35,282 nucleotides of DNA, from contig JAFGKC010000027.1 of assembly GCA_016928765.1 (NCBI GenBank), positions 1 to 35,282 on the forward strand, in the 5' to 3' direction. Both the position numbers and the translations under genes were made by a program. This stretch comes from Syntrophaceae bacterium. Its GTDB lineage: Bacteria > Desulfobacterota > Syntrophia > Syntrophales > Smithellaceae. Below the pieces are notes generated by a model, which saw only the letters and a list, made by a program, of their open reading frames with translations, did no database searches and was not told where the DNA came from. This document shows positions 27,371-35,282 of the stretch, piece by piece; the first letter of the stretch is position 1, and the number at the start of each line of letters is the position of its first letter.

Positions 27371-29071
27371 TTACTTTTCCCTCTGATACGGCCAGGCCAT
27401 AATACCGCCTTCCATCACTTTAACGTCTTTCCAGCCATTGCCTTCTAAAGCAAGTGCCGCCTCGTAGCCGCGCAGAGAAATTTTGCAATAGCAGATGATT
27501 TCCTTATTTTTATCTTCAGGTAGCTCTTTGAGACGTTTGCGCAGCGCGCCTAGCGGAATCAGTGTTTCGCCGATACCGAGACGTATTTCCTCAAATTCCT
27601 CCGGCCCGCGGACATCAAGAATGAATGGTTTTTCTCCAGCCTGCAATTTATCGTGCACCTCCTTGCAGCTAATGCCCTTCATACGACCTTTTATTTTGTT
27701 CTGCATTATGTGCGCTGTGGAGATGAAGTGATCAATCGCTAGTGAAAAAGGTGGGGCGTATGGAAGATCGGCATTAATTAAATCCTCGACGGTCATTTTC
27801 CCCTGAATGGCCATCGCCCATTGAGCGATTTGTTTGGCGGCATTACCCGGCCCCATACACTGCGCGCCCAGCACCCGGCCTGTTTTGGCATCAGCGGTCA
27901 TTTTGGTAACTAACAATTTTCCCTCCATGAAGCCTGGTTTATCCGGGCTGGCATTGATAACCGTAATGATATCTTTGTATCCTAAACGTTTAGCCGCCGT
28001 CTCCGAAAGCCCTGTAGAACCTGCCGTGTAATCAAAAACCTTGCAGATGCCTGTCTGAATCGTACCGGGAAAGGTAACACAGTTTGTCGAAGCGGCATTT
28101 TCTCCCGCCACGCGTCCCTGCAGATTGGCCAAATCGCCGTAAGGGGCATGCACTTTTTTCCCGGTAATGCGGTTGAGCGTTTCCACGCAATCACCAACAG
28201 CGTAAATATCCGGGTCGGAGGTCTGCATGTATTCGTTGACTTCGATGCCTCCCAGTTCACCGATTTTTAAACCTGCCGCCTGAGCAAGTTTTACATTAGG
28301 CCGCACACCAATTGCTACAACAGCAAGCTCGCACGGTAGCTCTATGCCGTTTTGCAGCTTTACCGCTGTAAGCTTGCCATTCTCACCTAAAAATGCCGCA
28401 ATGCCGTTTTCCGTGATGACATTAGCGCCTTTGCTGCGAACGTGATTTTCCACCAGCTTTGCCAGTTCCCAATCGAGAAAGGTAAGCAGTTGGGGCAAAA
28501 GTTCAATTACCGTTATTTCAATGCCCGCCAGTTGCAGCGCCTCACATGTCTCGATGCCGATGAGTCCACCGCCAATGACAACAGCTTTTTTGATTGTTTT
28601 TTCATCACGGATTTTACGGAGAAAGTCCGCGTCTTTCATGGACTGCAGAGTTGTAATGCCTTTGAGTTCCACGCCGGGCACAGGAGGCATGCGAGGAACA
28701 GCACCGGTAGCGATAACAAGTTTATCATAAGTCAATGTTCCTGCTTGCCCGGATAAACCATTCTTGAAGGAAATAGAACGTTTTTTAGTGTCAATCTCCG
28801 TTACTTCTGTGTTCACTTTCGCCTCAATATCCTTGGCATTTAGATAGAACATCGGACTGCGTACCACACCCGTCGGCGTGCACAAAAGTTGATTGCGGTC
28901 ATCAAAATAACCGCCAACATAGTAAGGATACCCACAGGAGGCCATGGAAAGATCCGCGTCTTTCTGTAAAATAATTACTTCGGCGTTATTATCAATCCGG
29001 CGGGCTTTTGCCGCAGACTTTGGACCGGCGGCAGAGCCGCCAATCACTACAATTCTTTTTCTTTTTGTCAT
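27371..29071 (-). CDS. CoA-disulfide/persulfide reductase with C-terminal rhodanese (CoADR-RHD/Npsr family)
   Basis: GGSAAG, SMASCGYPYY, GGGLIG, AVGDC, YAPPFS, rhodanese DVR...CYCKISLRG...GGIMAW. Confidence 0.92.
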   Translation of the reverse strand: MTKRKRIVVIGGSAAGPKSAAKARRIDNNAEVIILQKDADLSMASCGYPYYVGGYFDDRNQLLCTPTGVVRSPMFYLNAKDIEAKVNTEVTEIDTKKRSISFKNGLSGQAGTLTYDKLVIATGAVPRMPPVPGVELKGITTLQSMKDADFLRKIRDEKTIKKAVVIGGGLIGIETCEALQLAGIEITVIELLPQLLTFLDWELAKLVENHVRSKGANVITENGIAAFLGENGKLTAVKLQNGIELPCELAVVAIGVRPNVKLAQAAGLKIGELGGIEVNEYMQTSDPDIYAVGDCVETLNRITGKKVHAPYGDLANLQGRVAGENAASTNCVTFPGTIQTGICKVFDYTAGSTGLSETAAKRLGYKDIITVINASPDKPGFMEGKLLVTKMTADAKTGRVLGAQCMGPGNAAKQIAQWAMAIQGKMTVEDLINADLPYAPPFSLAIDHFISTAHIMQNKIKGRMKGISCKEVHDKLQAGEKPFILDVRGPEEFEEIRLGIGETLIPLGALRKRLKELPEDKNKEIICYCKISLRGYEAALALEGNGWKDVKVMEGGIMAWPYQREK

Positions 29072-29210
29072 AAGTTTCTCCTATCTTTAAATGTATTTTA
29101 AATTTATTAAAGAATACAATAAGCTATATCGTTAAGAAATAACTTTAATTTACACTTTCACAATATCATTAATTGATTTAATAGTAAATTATATCTTGAA
29201 TTTTTAAAAA

Positions 29211-29693
29211 TCATCTTTTATTCGCGGCTAGTAAATGTTCAGGAACCTGAACAGCGACTACTTCGCCTGTCGCGCAGACCTTACCATTCGCGATAAGACG
29301 TGATTCCACCACGACCCTGCGCCCCTTGATTGCTTTCACTTTACCGCGAACCTCCAAGGAACAATCAAGCGGCGTGGGTAGCAAGTAATTTACATTCAGC
29401 GATGCGGTAACAAAACGCAGGGGCGGCAACGTATCCATCGCGCGGTTTTCCGCTTTGTATTTGGCCGCGGCTGCCGTTCCGGTGGAATGGCAATCAATTA
29501 TCGAAGCGATAAGACCGCCATAAACTATACCAGGAATTGCGGTGTGATAAGGCCTGGGAGTATAGACACAGACTGATTCCTCTCCGTCCCAGTAACTCTT
29601 TATTTGCAGACCATGAGCGTTAAGCGTACCGCAACCATAGCAGTGACTCAAATCGTCCGGATAGTATTCCTGAAAGGCTTTTTCCTCCATCAA
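29211..29693 (-). CDS. PaaI/hotdog-fold thioesterase
   Basis: CYGCG...N..GL, YGGLIASIIDCH, VTASLNVNYLLPTP. Confidence 0.88.
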   Translation of the reverse strand: MMEEKAFQEYYPDDLSHCYGCGTLNAHGLQIKSYWDGEESVCVYTPRPYHTAIPGIVYGGLIASIIDCHSTGTAAAAKYKAENRAMDTLPPLRFVTASLNVNYLLPTPLDCSLEVRGKVKAIKGRRVVVESRLIANGKVCATGEVVAVQVPEHLLAANKR

Positions 29694-29756
29694 TAATCCT
29701 TTAGTTGATTTGCATATTTCTTCTCTAAAAGAGAAAGAGATCGTAGTTCTAGACCT

Positions 29757-30716
29757 TTAACCTTTAGCAAAAGTCAGCTTTGTGCCGGCCATGTTTAAAA
29801 TGAATTTATCTGGCATTTTTTTTTCCATCGCCATAATCGCCTTACGCCCAGTGCAGTGCATGGGAATTACATAATCCGGATTCATTTTTTTCAGCTCTTC
29901 TGTTGTACGATCGATAATTCCTTCAAACAATGGACCGGAAAGATGAAAACCGCCCATAACGACATGAACTTTATTAATACCTGTTACGTCTATCGCATGC
30001 ATTACAGTATTTATAATCCCCGCGTGTGCGCAGCCGGAAATAATCACCAATCCCTTATCTTTAAGATTCATGACAACGGAGGTATCGTCTTCGATGGCAT
30101 CCCATAGTTCTTTTCCGTCTTTTTGCCAGTACGCGACAGGAAACCCTTTTTCAAAGTCCGTCCGGCGGGGAATTTCGCCCAGAAAAAGAATGGTATCATC
30201 CAAAAGATAATATGGCCTGCCACTTTCGACTACGGAAAACCCGGCGGATTCAACCATCTGATGTGTCAGTTTTGGAAAATTAATTTTCAGATCCTCGGAG
30301 TATTTAATATAACGCGGCGACTTAAAAGCGGACGGGTGCACAACAAAAGGGATATTCTTTTTGCCGATTAAGGCGGCAAGTTTCGAAAGACCTCCGGTGT
30401 GGTCGCTGTGGCCATGCGAAAGAGCAGCAGCTTCGACCTCGGCCATATTAACACCAAGTGTCTTGGCGTTTTGCGCCGCTCCTTCTTCGGAAAAGCCAAA
30501 ATCAAAAAGCAGCGTGTGCGCTTTGCCTTTGGCCGTGGTTTTAATCAACGCCGAAAAACCGTGCTCCGCCACAATGGACGCCCGTATCTCTCCTTCCTTA
30601 AGAGGCACGGCACGCGAGATAACCGCGCTGTTGTCCATCGCCGTCATCTCTATATAGTTGTCCTGTAAGGTCAGAATTTCAATTTTGTCCGCAGCATTCA
30701 ATTGTGCCGAAGCCAT
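29757..30716 (-). CDS. MBL-fold metallo-hydrolase (COG1237 family)
   Basis: AEHGFS, SHGHSDHTGG, GCAHAG, GGFH, PMHCTG. Confidence 0.9.
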   Translation of the reverse strand: MASAQLNAADKIEILTLQDNYIEMTAMDNSAVISRAVPLKEGEIRASIVAEHGFSALIKTTAKGKAHTLLFDFGFSEEGAAQNAKTLGVNMAEVEAAALSHGHSDHTGGLSKLAALIGKKNIPFVVHPSAFKSPRYIKYSEDLKINFPKLTHQMVESAGFSVVESGRPYYLLDDTILFLGEIPRRTDFEKGFPVAYWQKDGKELWDAIEDDTSVVMNLKDKGLVIISGCAHAGIINTVMHAIDVTGINKVHVVMGGFHLSGPLFEGIIDRTTEELKKMNPDYVIPMHCTGRKAIMAMEKKMPDKFILNMAGTKLTFAKG

Positions 30717-30732
30717 AAATCATATCCTCCTT

Positions 30733-31071
30733 TCAGTGATCGCAGATGTTATCTCCGACCTGAAGTGTTCCGGCAAGAAAATTATTTACTATATTTTCCG
30801 GTGTGTCGCATGGGGCACCAATGACTACTTGGATTCCTTGCTGAACAAATAATTGTTGAGCGCGCTGTCCCATGCCACCCGCGATAATTACAGTGGCGCC
30901 GCGTTCGGCCAACCATGGAGGCAGAAGGCCAGGTTGATGAGGTGGCGCATCAAGTTCCTTGCGACCAACAATCTTTTTTGTCTGAGCATCCACCTCAATC
31001 AAAGCAAAGCTCGCGCAATGCCCAAAATGCAGGCTTAGTTTTCCTTCCGCTAAGGGTATCGCTATTTTCAT
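30733..31071 (-). CDS. NifB/NifX-family FeMo-co binding-like protein
   Basis: MKIAIP...HFGHC...PPHQPG...GGMG...NICDH. Confidence 0.9.
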   Translation of the reverse strand: MKIAIPLAEGKLSLHFGHCASFALIEVDAQTKKIVGRKELDAPPHQPGLLPPWLAERGATVIIAGGMGQRAQQLFVQQGIQVVIGAPCDTPENIVNNFLAGTLQVGDNICDH

Positions 31072-31089
31072 TTTAATCTCCTTATTAAT

Positions 31090-31974
31090 TTAGTTTTTTG
31101 TTTTATTGGCATCAGTAATCTGATCAATTATATTCTGCATAATTTTTGCCGTAGGACTTTTAGCTTCATGGTAAATAAAAACCTTCCCGGAATCACCGGA
31201 GCGGGAAACAGCCGGGTCCATGGGAATAGCTCCTAAAAAAGGCACGTTCATGTCAGAGGCTATCTTCTTGCCACCACCTTCAGGAAGAATCTGCGTTACC
31301 TCGCCGCATTTTGGGCAAACAAAACCACTCATATTTTCCACAACGCCTAAAACCGTTACATCGAGCCTGCGGCAAAAGCTGATGGATTTGCGCACATCAA
31401 CAGCCGCCACTTTCTGGGGCGTGGTTACAATCACCGCGCCGTCGAGCGGTTGAATCAATTGGCAAATTGATAAAGGTTCATCACCCGTGCCGGGCGGCAC
31501 ATCAACAACAAGATAATCCAAATCACCCCATTGCACATCAGTCAAAAACTGTTTAATAACGCCCATTTTCATCGGCCCACGCCAGATAACCGCGTCGTCA
31601 GGATTTTGCAAAAGAAACCCCAAAGACATTACTTTCAACCCGCCAAATTCTACAGGCAAAAGACCGCCTGGATTGCCTTGCAGATGTTCATTTTCTAAAC
31701 CTAGCATTGTAGGAACGCTGGGTCCATGAATATCAACGTCAAGCAAACCCACGCTCAGGCCGTTAAGCGCCAGCGCTGTGGCCAAGTTGACCGCAACGGT
31801 ACTTTTGCCGACGCCGCCTTTTCCGGAAAGAACGATAATTTTATGCTTGATACGGCACAGCGTCGCCTGCAATTTGCGACGATCCGCGTATTCTTCAGGA
31901 CTTTCATCTTTATTTTGTTTTTTCGCTGAGCAACCGTTATCCCCGCATGTGTCGCATGTTTTTTTCTCTTCCAT
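31090..31974 (-). CDS. Mrp/NBP35 (ApbC) Fe-S cluster carrier ATPase
   Basis: SGKGGVGKST, DVDIHGPS, WRGP, DVPPGTGDE, ENMSGFVCPKC; N-terminal CxxCxxxxC. Confidence 0.95.
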   Translation of the reverse strand: MEEKKTCDTCGDNGCSAKKQNKDESPEEYADRRKLQATLCRIKHKIIVLSGKGGVGKSTVAVNLATALALNGLSVGLLDVDIHGPSVPTMLGLENEHLQGNPGGLLPVEFGGLKVMSLGFLLQNPDDAVIWRGPMKMGVIKQFLTDVQWGDLDYLVVDVPPGTGDEPLSICQLIQPLDGAVIVTTPQKVAAVDVRKSISFCRRLDVTVLGVVENMSGFVCPKCGEVTQILPEGGGKKIASDMNVPFLGAIPMDPAVSRSGDSGKVFIYHEAKSPTAKIMQNIIDQITDANKTKN

Positions 31975-32013
31975 TCACTTTTATATCCTTTCTTTCTTTT
32001 TTTCTTTCGATAT

Positions 32014-32027
32014 AACCCCCGTAGGTA
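32014..32027 (-). promoter_or_regulatory. Candidate CsoR/CstR-family operator
   Basis: TACCTACGGGGGTT just downstream of a TATACT hexamer and about 40 nt before the mrp ATG; the G-tract resembles CsoR-type sites. Confidence 0.35.
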
Positions 32028-32226
32028 GTTTTCAGTATATCTAACATCAAAAGAACGCAATACTGATATTTTTTAGACAAGCCATCCTTAGTATCAAGAA
32101 TTTTTTTGACCGATGAAATTTACCTCGCTAATCGCTTTTCTCTGTGCCAAATAAAAAATCTTGGATCATTGACGTTTTCAATTGCGGGTAAATAAAACTC
32201 GGCCAAATTAACTATTTTCATATAAC

Positions 32227-33111
32227 TTAACTTTCCTGCAAATTAAGATCGTTCCAAATTCGCGTAATATCCTCAGCGCATACCGCTTGTATTTCAACAA
32301 CAGCTTTTTGTTCAATCTGCGCGCGAGTTACGGCGCTGTCGTATCTGATTCGCCCGGCGATTTTTGCGCCCGAAGCGGAAGCTTTTACTTCAATTTTTTC
32401 GGTCATCTCCGGATTGATATCCCACTTATTGACACAAACAGCCGCGGGAATTTGGAAATGCCGGGTAAGAGAAAGCACTCTTTCCAGATCGTGTTCTCCC
32501 GAAACCGTCGGTTCCGTAACCACCAAAACCTGCGACGCGCCGGTGAGCGAAGCGATTACCGGACAGCCGATACCGGGCGGACCATCCACAATTACCAGGT
32601 TATGATTATGGTCTTCGGCCAACTGACGGGCTTCACGGCGCACAGTGGACACAAGTTTGCCGGAATTTTCCGCGGCCACTCCTAAACGCGCGTGCACCAT
32701 CGGGCCGCAGCGCGTCTCAGAAATAAACCATTTTCCGCACATCCGCTCGGGAAAATCAATTGCTTTTTCCGGGCAGAAATGCACACAAACACCGCACCCC
32801 TCACACGAAACGGGGTCGATGGAAAACAGAATATTTCCGTTGCCGGCTTGCTTAGTCTTTACCGCGTCAAAACGGCATACATCCTGACAAATTCTGCAAC
32901 CGATACAGTCATCCTGGCGGATTACCGCTTCATGACCGCTTAAAAATTCATGTTCTTCAATAATTTTTGGCGCCAGCACCAAATGCAAATCAGCCGCGTC
33001 CACATCGCAGTCGCAAATAACCGGCCGCTCGGCCAGCGCGGCGAATGAAGCCGTGACGCTGGTCTTACCTGTTCCGCCCTTCCCGCTGATAATAACAAGT
33101 TCGTTCATCAA
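32227..33111 (-). CDS. MinD-superfamily P-loop ATPase with inserted ferredoxin domain (COG1149)
   Basis: SGKGGTGKT, DCDVDA, CIGCRICQDVC, CEGCGVCVHFC, ENSGKLV, DGPPGIGCP. Confidence 0.92.
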   Translation of the reverse strand: MMNELVIISGKGGTGKTSVTASFAALAERPVICDCDVDAADLHLVLAPKIIEEHEFLSGHEAVIRQDDCIGCRICQDVCRFDAVKTKQAGNGNILFSIDPVSCEGCGVCVHFCPEKAIDFPERMCGKWFISETRCGPMVHARLGVAAENSGKLVSTVRREARQLAEDHNHNLVIVDGPPGIGCPVIASLTGASQVLVVTEPTVSGEHDLERVLSLTRHFQIPAAVCVNKWDINPEMTEKIEVKASASGAKIAGRIRYDSAVTRAQIEQKAVVEIQAVCAEDITRIWNDLNLQES

Positions 33112-33128
33112 ACCCTCTCTTTTTGCCT

Positions 33129-33467
33129 TTAAATATCTTTTTTTTCAGTTATTTTTTTCTTTTTATTTTTTTCCGCGGGAGTCTCTGCAGGATAATAATT
33201 ACCCCATATCGGATCGTTTCCGTACTGCCGCCACCACCATCGGTTATAGTCTTCCCATATATCGAGAACTCCAAATTCTTCTTTCATAAGCAAGGCATAA
33301 GCCTTGTTCAGTGCCTGCATTTTATCATGCGCTTCTTGGTTTTTATTAACATCGGGATGCCATATTTTGGCCAATTCCCGATATTTTTTCTTGGCATCTT
33401 CTGCCGTGTCTTTTTTAGTTATTCCCAACAAACGCCTCGCGCTGTCCACCTCATGATTTCTATTCAT
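33129..33467 (-). CDS. Small J-domain (DnaJ-type) protein
   Basis: LLGI...KKKYRELAKIWHPDVN...LNKAY. Confidence 0.88.
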   Translation of the reverse strand: MNRNHEVDSARRLLGITKKDTAEDAKKKYRELAKIWHPDVNKNQEAHDKMQALNKAYALLMKEEFGVLDIWEDYNRWWWRQYGNDPIWGNYYPAETPAEKNKKKKITEKKDI

Positions 33468-33473
33468 TTTTTA

Positions 33474-34103
33474 CTATCTTTTTCCCCCAAAAATAACGTA
33501 TAGAGCCGCTTCATCCGGGGATTTGCTCACAAATATCTTTTCGTCTTTAACCCCTAGAATATACTCCGTTTTTATATCAAAAAGCTTTCCTGCGGCATCT
33601 TCTATCTCACGCAAGTTAGTATGCCTGATAAGGTTTACGTACGAATCAGGCTCCAGACGTCTTTGCTTAAAAAAATCAGACTTAGGATTAAGCAGCATAA
33701 CTATAATCCTGCCTTCAGGCCTTAAAACTTTAAACGATTGTTGCAACGCTTTTCGGTAATCCTCGATGAATTGCAGCGAGGCAACATAAATTACAGCATC
33801 AAAAGAAGATTCCGCAAACGGCATTTCCTCAGCGCGCCCCGCGAATTTTCTGACACTGTCCGGCGCGCATTTTAGCGCTTCGGCGGAAACATCCAGACCG
33901 GTCACATTAAAACCGTACTCGCTCAATTTTCCTTCTATAGCTGCGGGACCGCACCCTACACTTAAAACATCGTGACAATTCTCCAGACTCGAAACAAGGT
34001 ATTCGGCCTCGAAACGGAAAATATTCTGCCAAAATGTTTCCTGGCATGTTTCTATGTATTTTTTCACATCTTCACTTGTATCCATACCGCTGTTTCCAAT
34101 CAA
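33474..34103 (-). CDS. Class I SAM-dependent methyltransferase
   Basis: VLSVGCGP, GLDVS, FDAV, VLRPEG. Confidence 0.88.
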   Translation of the reverse strand: MIGNSGMDTSEDVKKYIETCQETFWQNIFRFEAEYLVSSLENCHDVLSVGCGPAAIEGKLSEYGFNVTGLDVSAEALKCAPDSVRKFAGRAEEMPFAESSFDAVIYVASLQFIEDYRKALQQSFKVLRPEGRIIVMLLNPKSDFFKQRRLEPDSYVNLIRHTNLREIEDAAGKLFDIKTEYILGVKDEKIFVSKSPDEAALYVIFGGKR

Positions 34104-34153
34104 TTCAGCAAATATTTACATTGCGCATAAGCCTGGCTAAGTGTTTTGTTGCA

Positions 34154-34765
34154 TTATGCCGATGCGCTGGAAGCCACAATGACATACTGCATTTCGCTGC
34201 TGTACTCTTTCATCATAAACCCGCGCTCGGTCAATTTTATTCTGGCTTCATCTATTGTGCCTGCCACTTCATGCTTCCTGCCATCTCGTGCATGAATCTC
34301 ATCAAGCAAATCAAATCCTCTGTCGTTAAAATCGCTCAGTATTATCTTGCCTTGTGGAGATAAGACTCTGATAAATTCATCAAAAACCTTTCGTACAGAA
34401 GAAACGTGATGAATCATATTGACCGCAAATATACTGTTAAAAGAATCGTCGCTATAGGGCAAACATTCCGCATCAGCTATGTCGAAACGCACCCGATCCT
34501 CCAAACCATGATACATCAGGTTGAGCCGAGCATATTTCTGCTCTTCGTCAGAAATATCAAAGGAGGTGAAAGTAAAACCTTCCCGCGCCAGCGCCAATGT
34601 AAAATATCCTTTACCGGTACCGGCTTCCAGAATTGCCCCGGATACAGGGCGAGCCTTTTCGATGATGAAAAACCTTTCTTTTTCAATGTCATATCCATAT
34701 TCCTTGTACAAAGCTACGCGTTCTAGAAAGCGGTTATGGTTTTCGATTATTTCTTTTTCCATCAT
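34154..34765 (-). CDS. Class I SAM-dependent methyltransferase
   Basis: ILEAGTGKG, FDIS, DAECLPY, RVLSPQG. Confidence 0.88.
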   Translation of the reverse strand: MMEKEIIENHNRFLERVALYKEYGYDIEKERFFIIEKARPVSGAILEAGTGKGYFTLALAREGFTFTSFDISDEEQKYARLNLMYHGLEDRVRFDIADAECLPYSDDSFNSIFAVNMIHHVSSVRKVFDEFIRVLSPQGKIILSDFNDRGFDLLDEIHARDGRKHEVAGTIDEARIKLTERGFMMKEYSSEMQYVIVASSASA

Positions 34766-34786
34766 TTTCTCATCAGGGTTTTCCGT

Positions 34787-35282
34787 TTATTTCCCGATCG
34801 GCATATAAAACAAATCATGGTCGGCACGTATTGTTGTTATTGATTTTCCTTCAAGAAGACGCTGAAGCCTTTTGGCCGCGTCATGGGGGTGCAATCCCAA
34901 TCCGGCGCAAATACCGGAAAGCGTGCTTGGTCTTCTGGTTAGCAGACTTAATATATCCGCGTCTGCCGTATCCCGAAACATTTCTTCAGGAATATTAGCG
35001 CTTTGCGCTCCGCCGATAATTTCCACCGTTCCCGAAAATAATCCGGCTAGTTTTTCCATCTGTTTTTTTTCCACGGCGCAGGCAAAATCTTCCACCGCCG
35101 GGCGGTCCACCGTATTTAGCTGAATCTTCTCTGCGCCGATTATTTTTGCCCATGCGGCAATTTTTTTCGCCTCCGCCGCCATACCCGTAACGCCTGAAAT
35201 TAAAAGAATTTCCAACCATACCTGGCCGGAAAATTGCCGGGTAAAATCAATCAGGCCATTGACCATCAAATCAAAAGAAATA
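34787..35282 (-). CDS. C-terminal part of a probable radical SAM protein (COG0731-like); 5' end outside the window
   Basis: GLIDF...GQVWLEILL...IQLNTVDRP...LLTRRP with a C-terminal HTH-like region; the CxxxCxxC motif is not in the window. Confidence 0.7.
   Translation of the reverse strand, partial: ISFDLMVNGLIDFTRQFSGQVWLEILLISGVTGMAAEAKKIAAWAKIIGAEKIQLNTVDRPAVEDFACAVEKKQMEKLAGLFSGTVEIIGGAQSANIPEEMFRDTADADILSLLTRRPSTLSGICAGLGLHPHDAAKRLQRLLEGKSITTIRADHDLFYMPIGK

Noticed and set aside
23733-31071. Nitrogen fixation genes
   Set aside because: NifB/NifX-family domains are widespread in non-diazotrophs and there is no nifHDK here.
564-35219. Many short ORF-track entries antisense to or overlapping the called genes (e.g. 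564..755, 3985..4386, 5229..5663, 19507..19908, 32287..32685)
   Set aside because: They overlap well-supported genes and show no family motifs; treated as shadow ORFs.
1-35282. Genome-wide TGA reassignment to Trp or Gly
   Set aside because: TGA ends several intact genes (15377, 26336, 29211, 30733), TGG is used for Trp, and the internal TGAs fall only at catalytic Cys positions.
1-35282. CRISPR array, tRNA/rRNA, IS element or integrase
   Set aside because: No regularly spaced repeats, RNA-gene signatures or transposase/integrase motifs were seen by eye.

Overview
About 35 kb from an AT-rich anaerobic bacterium; gene content suggests a Syntrophales/Smithella-like deltaproteobacterium (inference). 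The main signal is that four genes the ORF track shows as fragments each read as one continuous frame interrupted by in-frame TGA codons (five in total). Every TGA sits at a catalytic-cysteine position of its family and is followed by a SECIS-like hairpin, so these are predicted selenoproteins: (1) a MerB/organomercurial-lyase-like protein with both catalytic Cys replaced by Sec, co-oriented with a C-GCAxxG-C-C protein, a CCG Fe-S protein and an FAD oxidoreductase; (2) an octaheme tetrathionate-reductase-family cytochrome c with Sec at the NNFC active-site Cys, next to a cytochrome b and divergent System II heme-maturation genes, the whole module lying between duplicated promoter elements; (3) an exported BCP-like peroxiredoxin; (4) PrxU, plus a decayed prxU copy that has lost the Sec/SECIS segment. 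The rest is a sulfur/Fe-S operon (CoADR-rhodanese, MBL hydrolases, Mrp, NifX-like, COG1149 ATPase, radical SAM), a Lol-like ABC cassette, envelope genes, a diguanylate cyclase and two further broken genes. No rRNA, tRNA, CRISPR array or transposase was seen. Family assignments come from motif recognition by eye; no database search was run.
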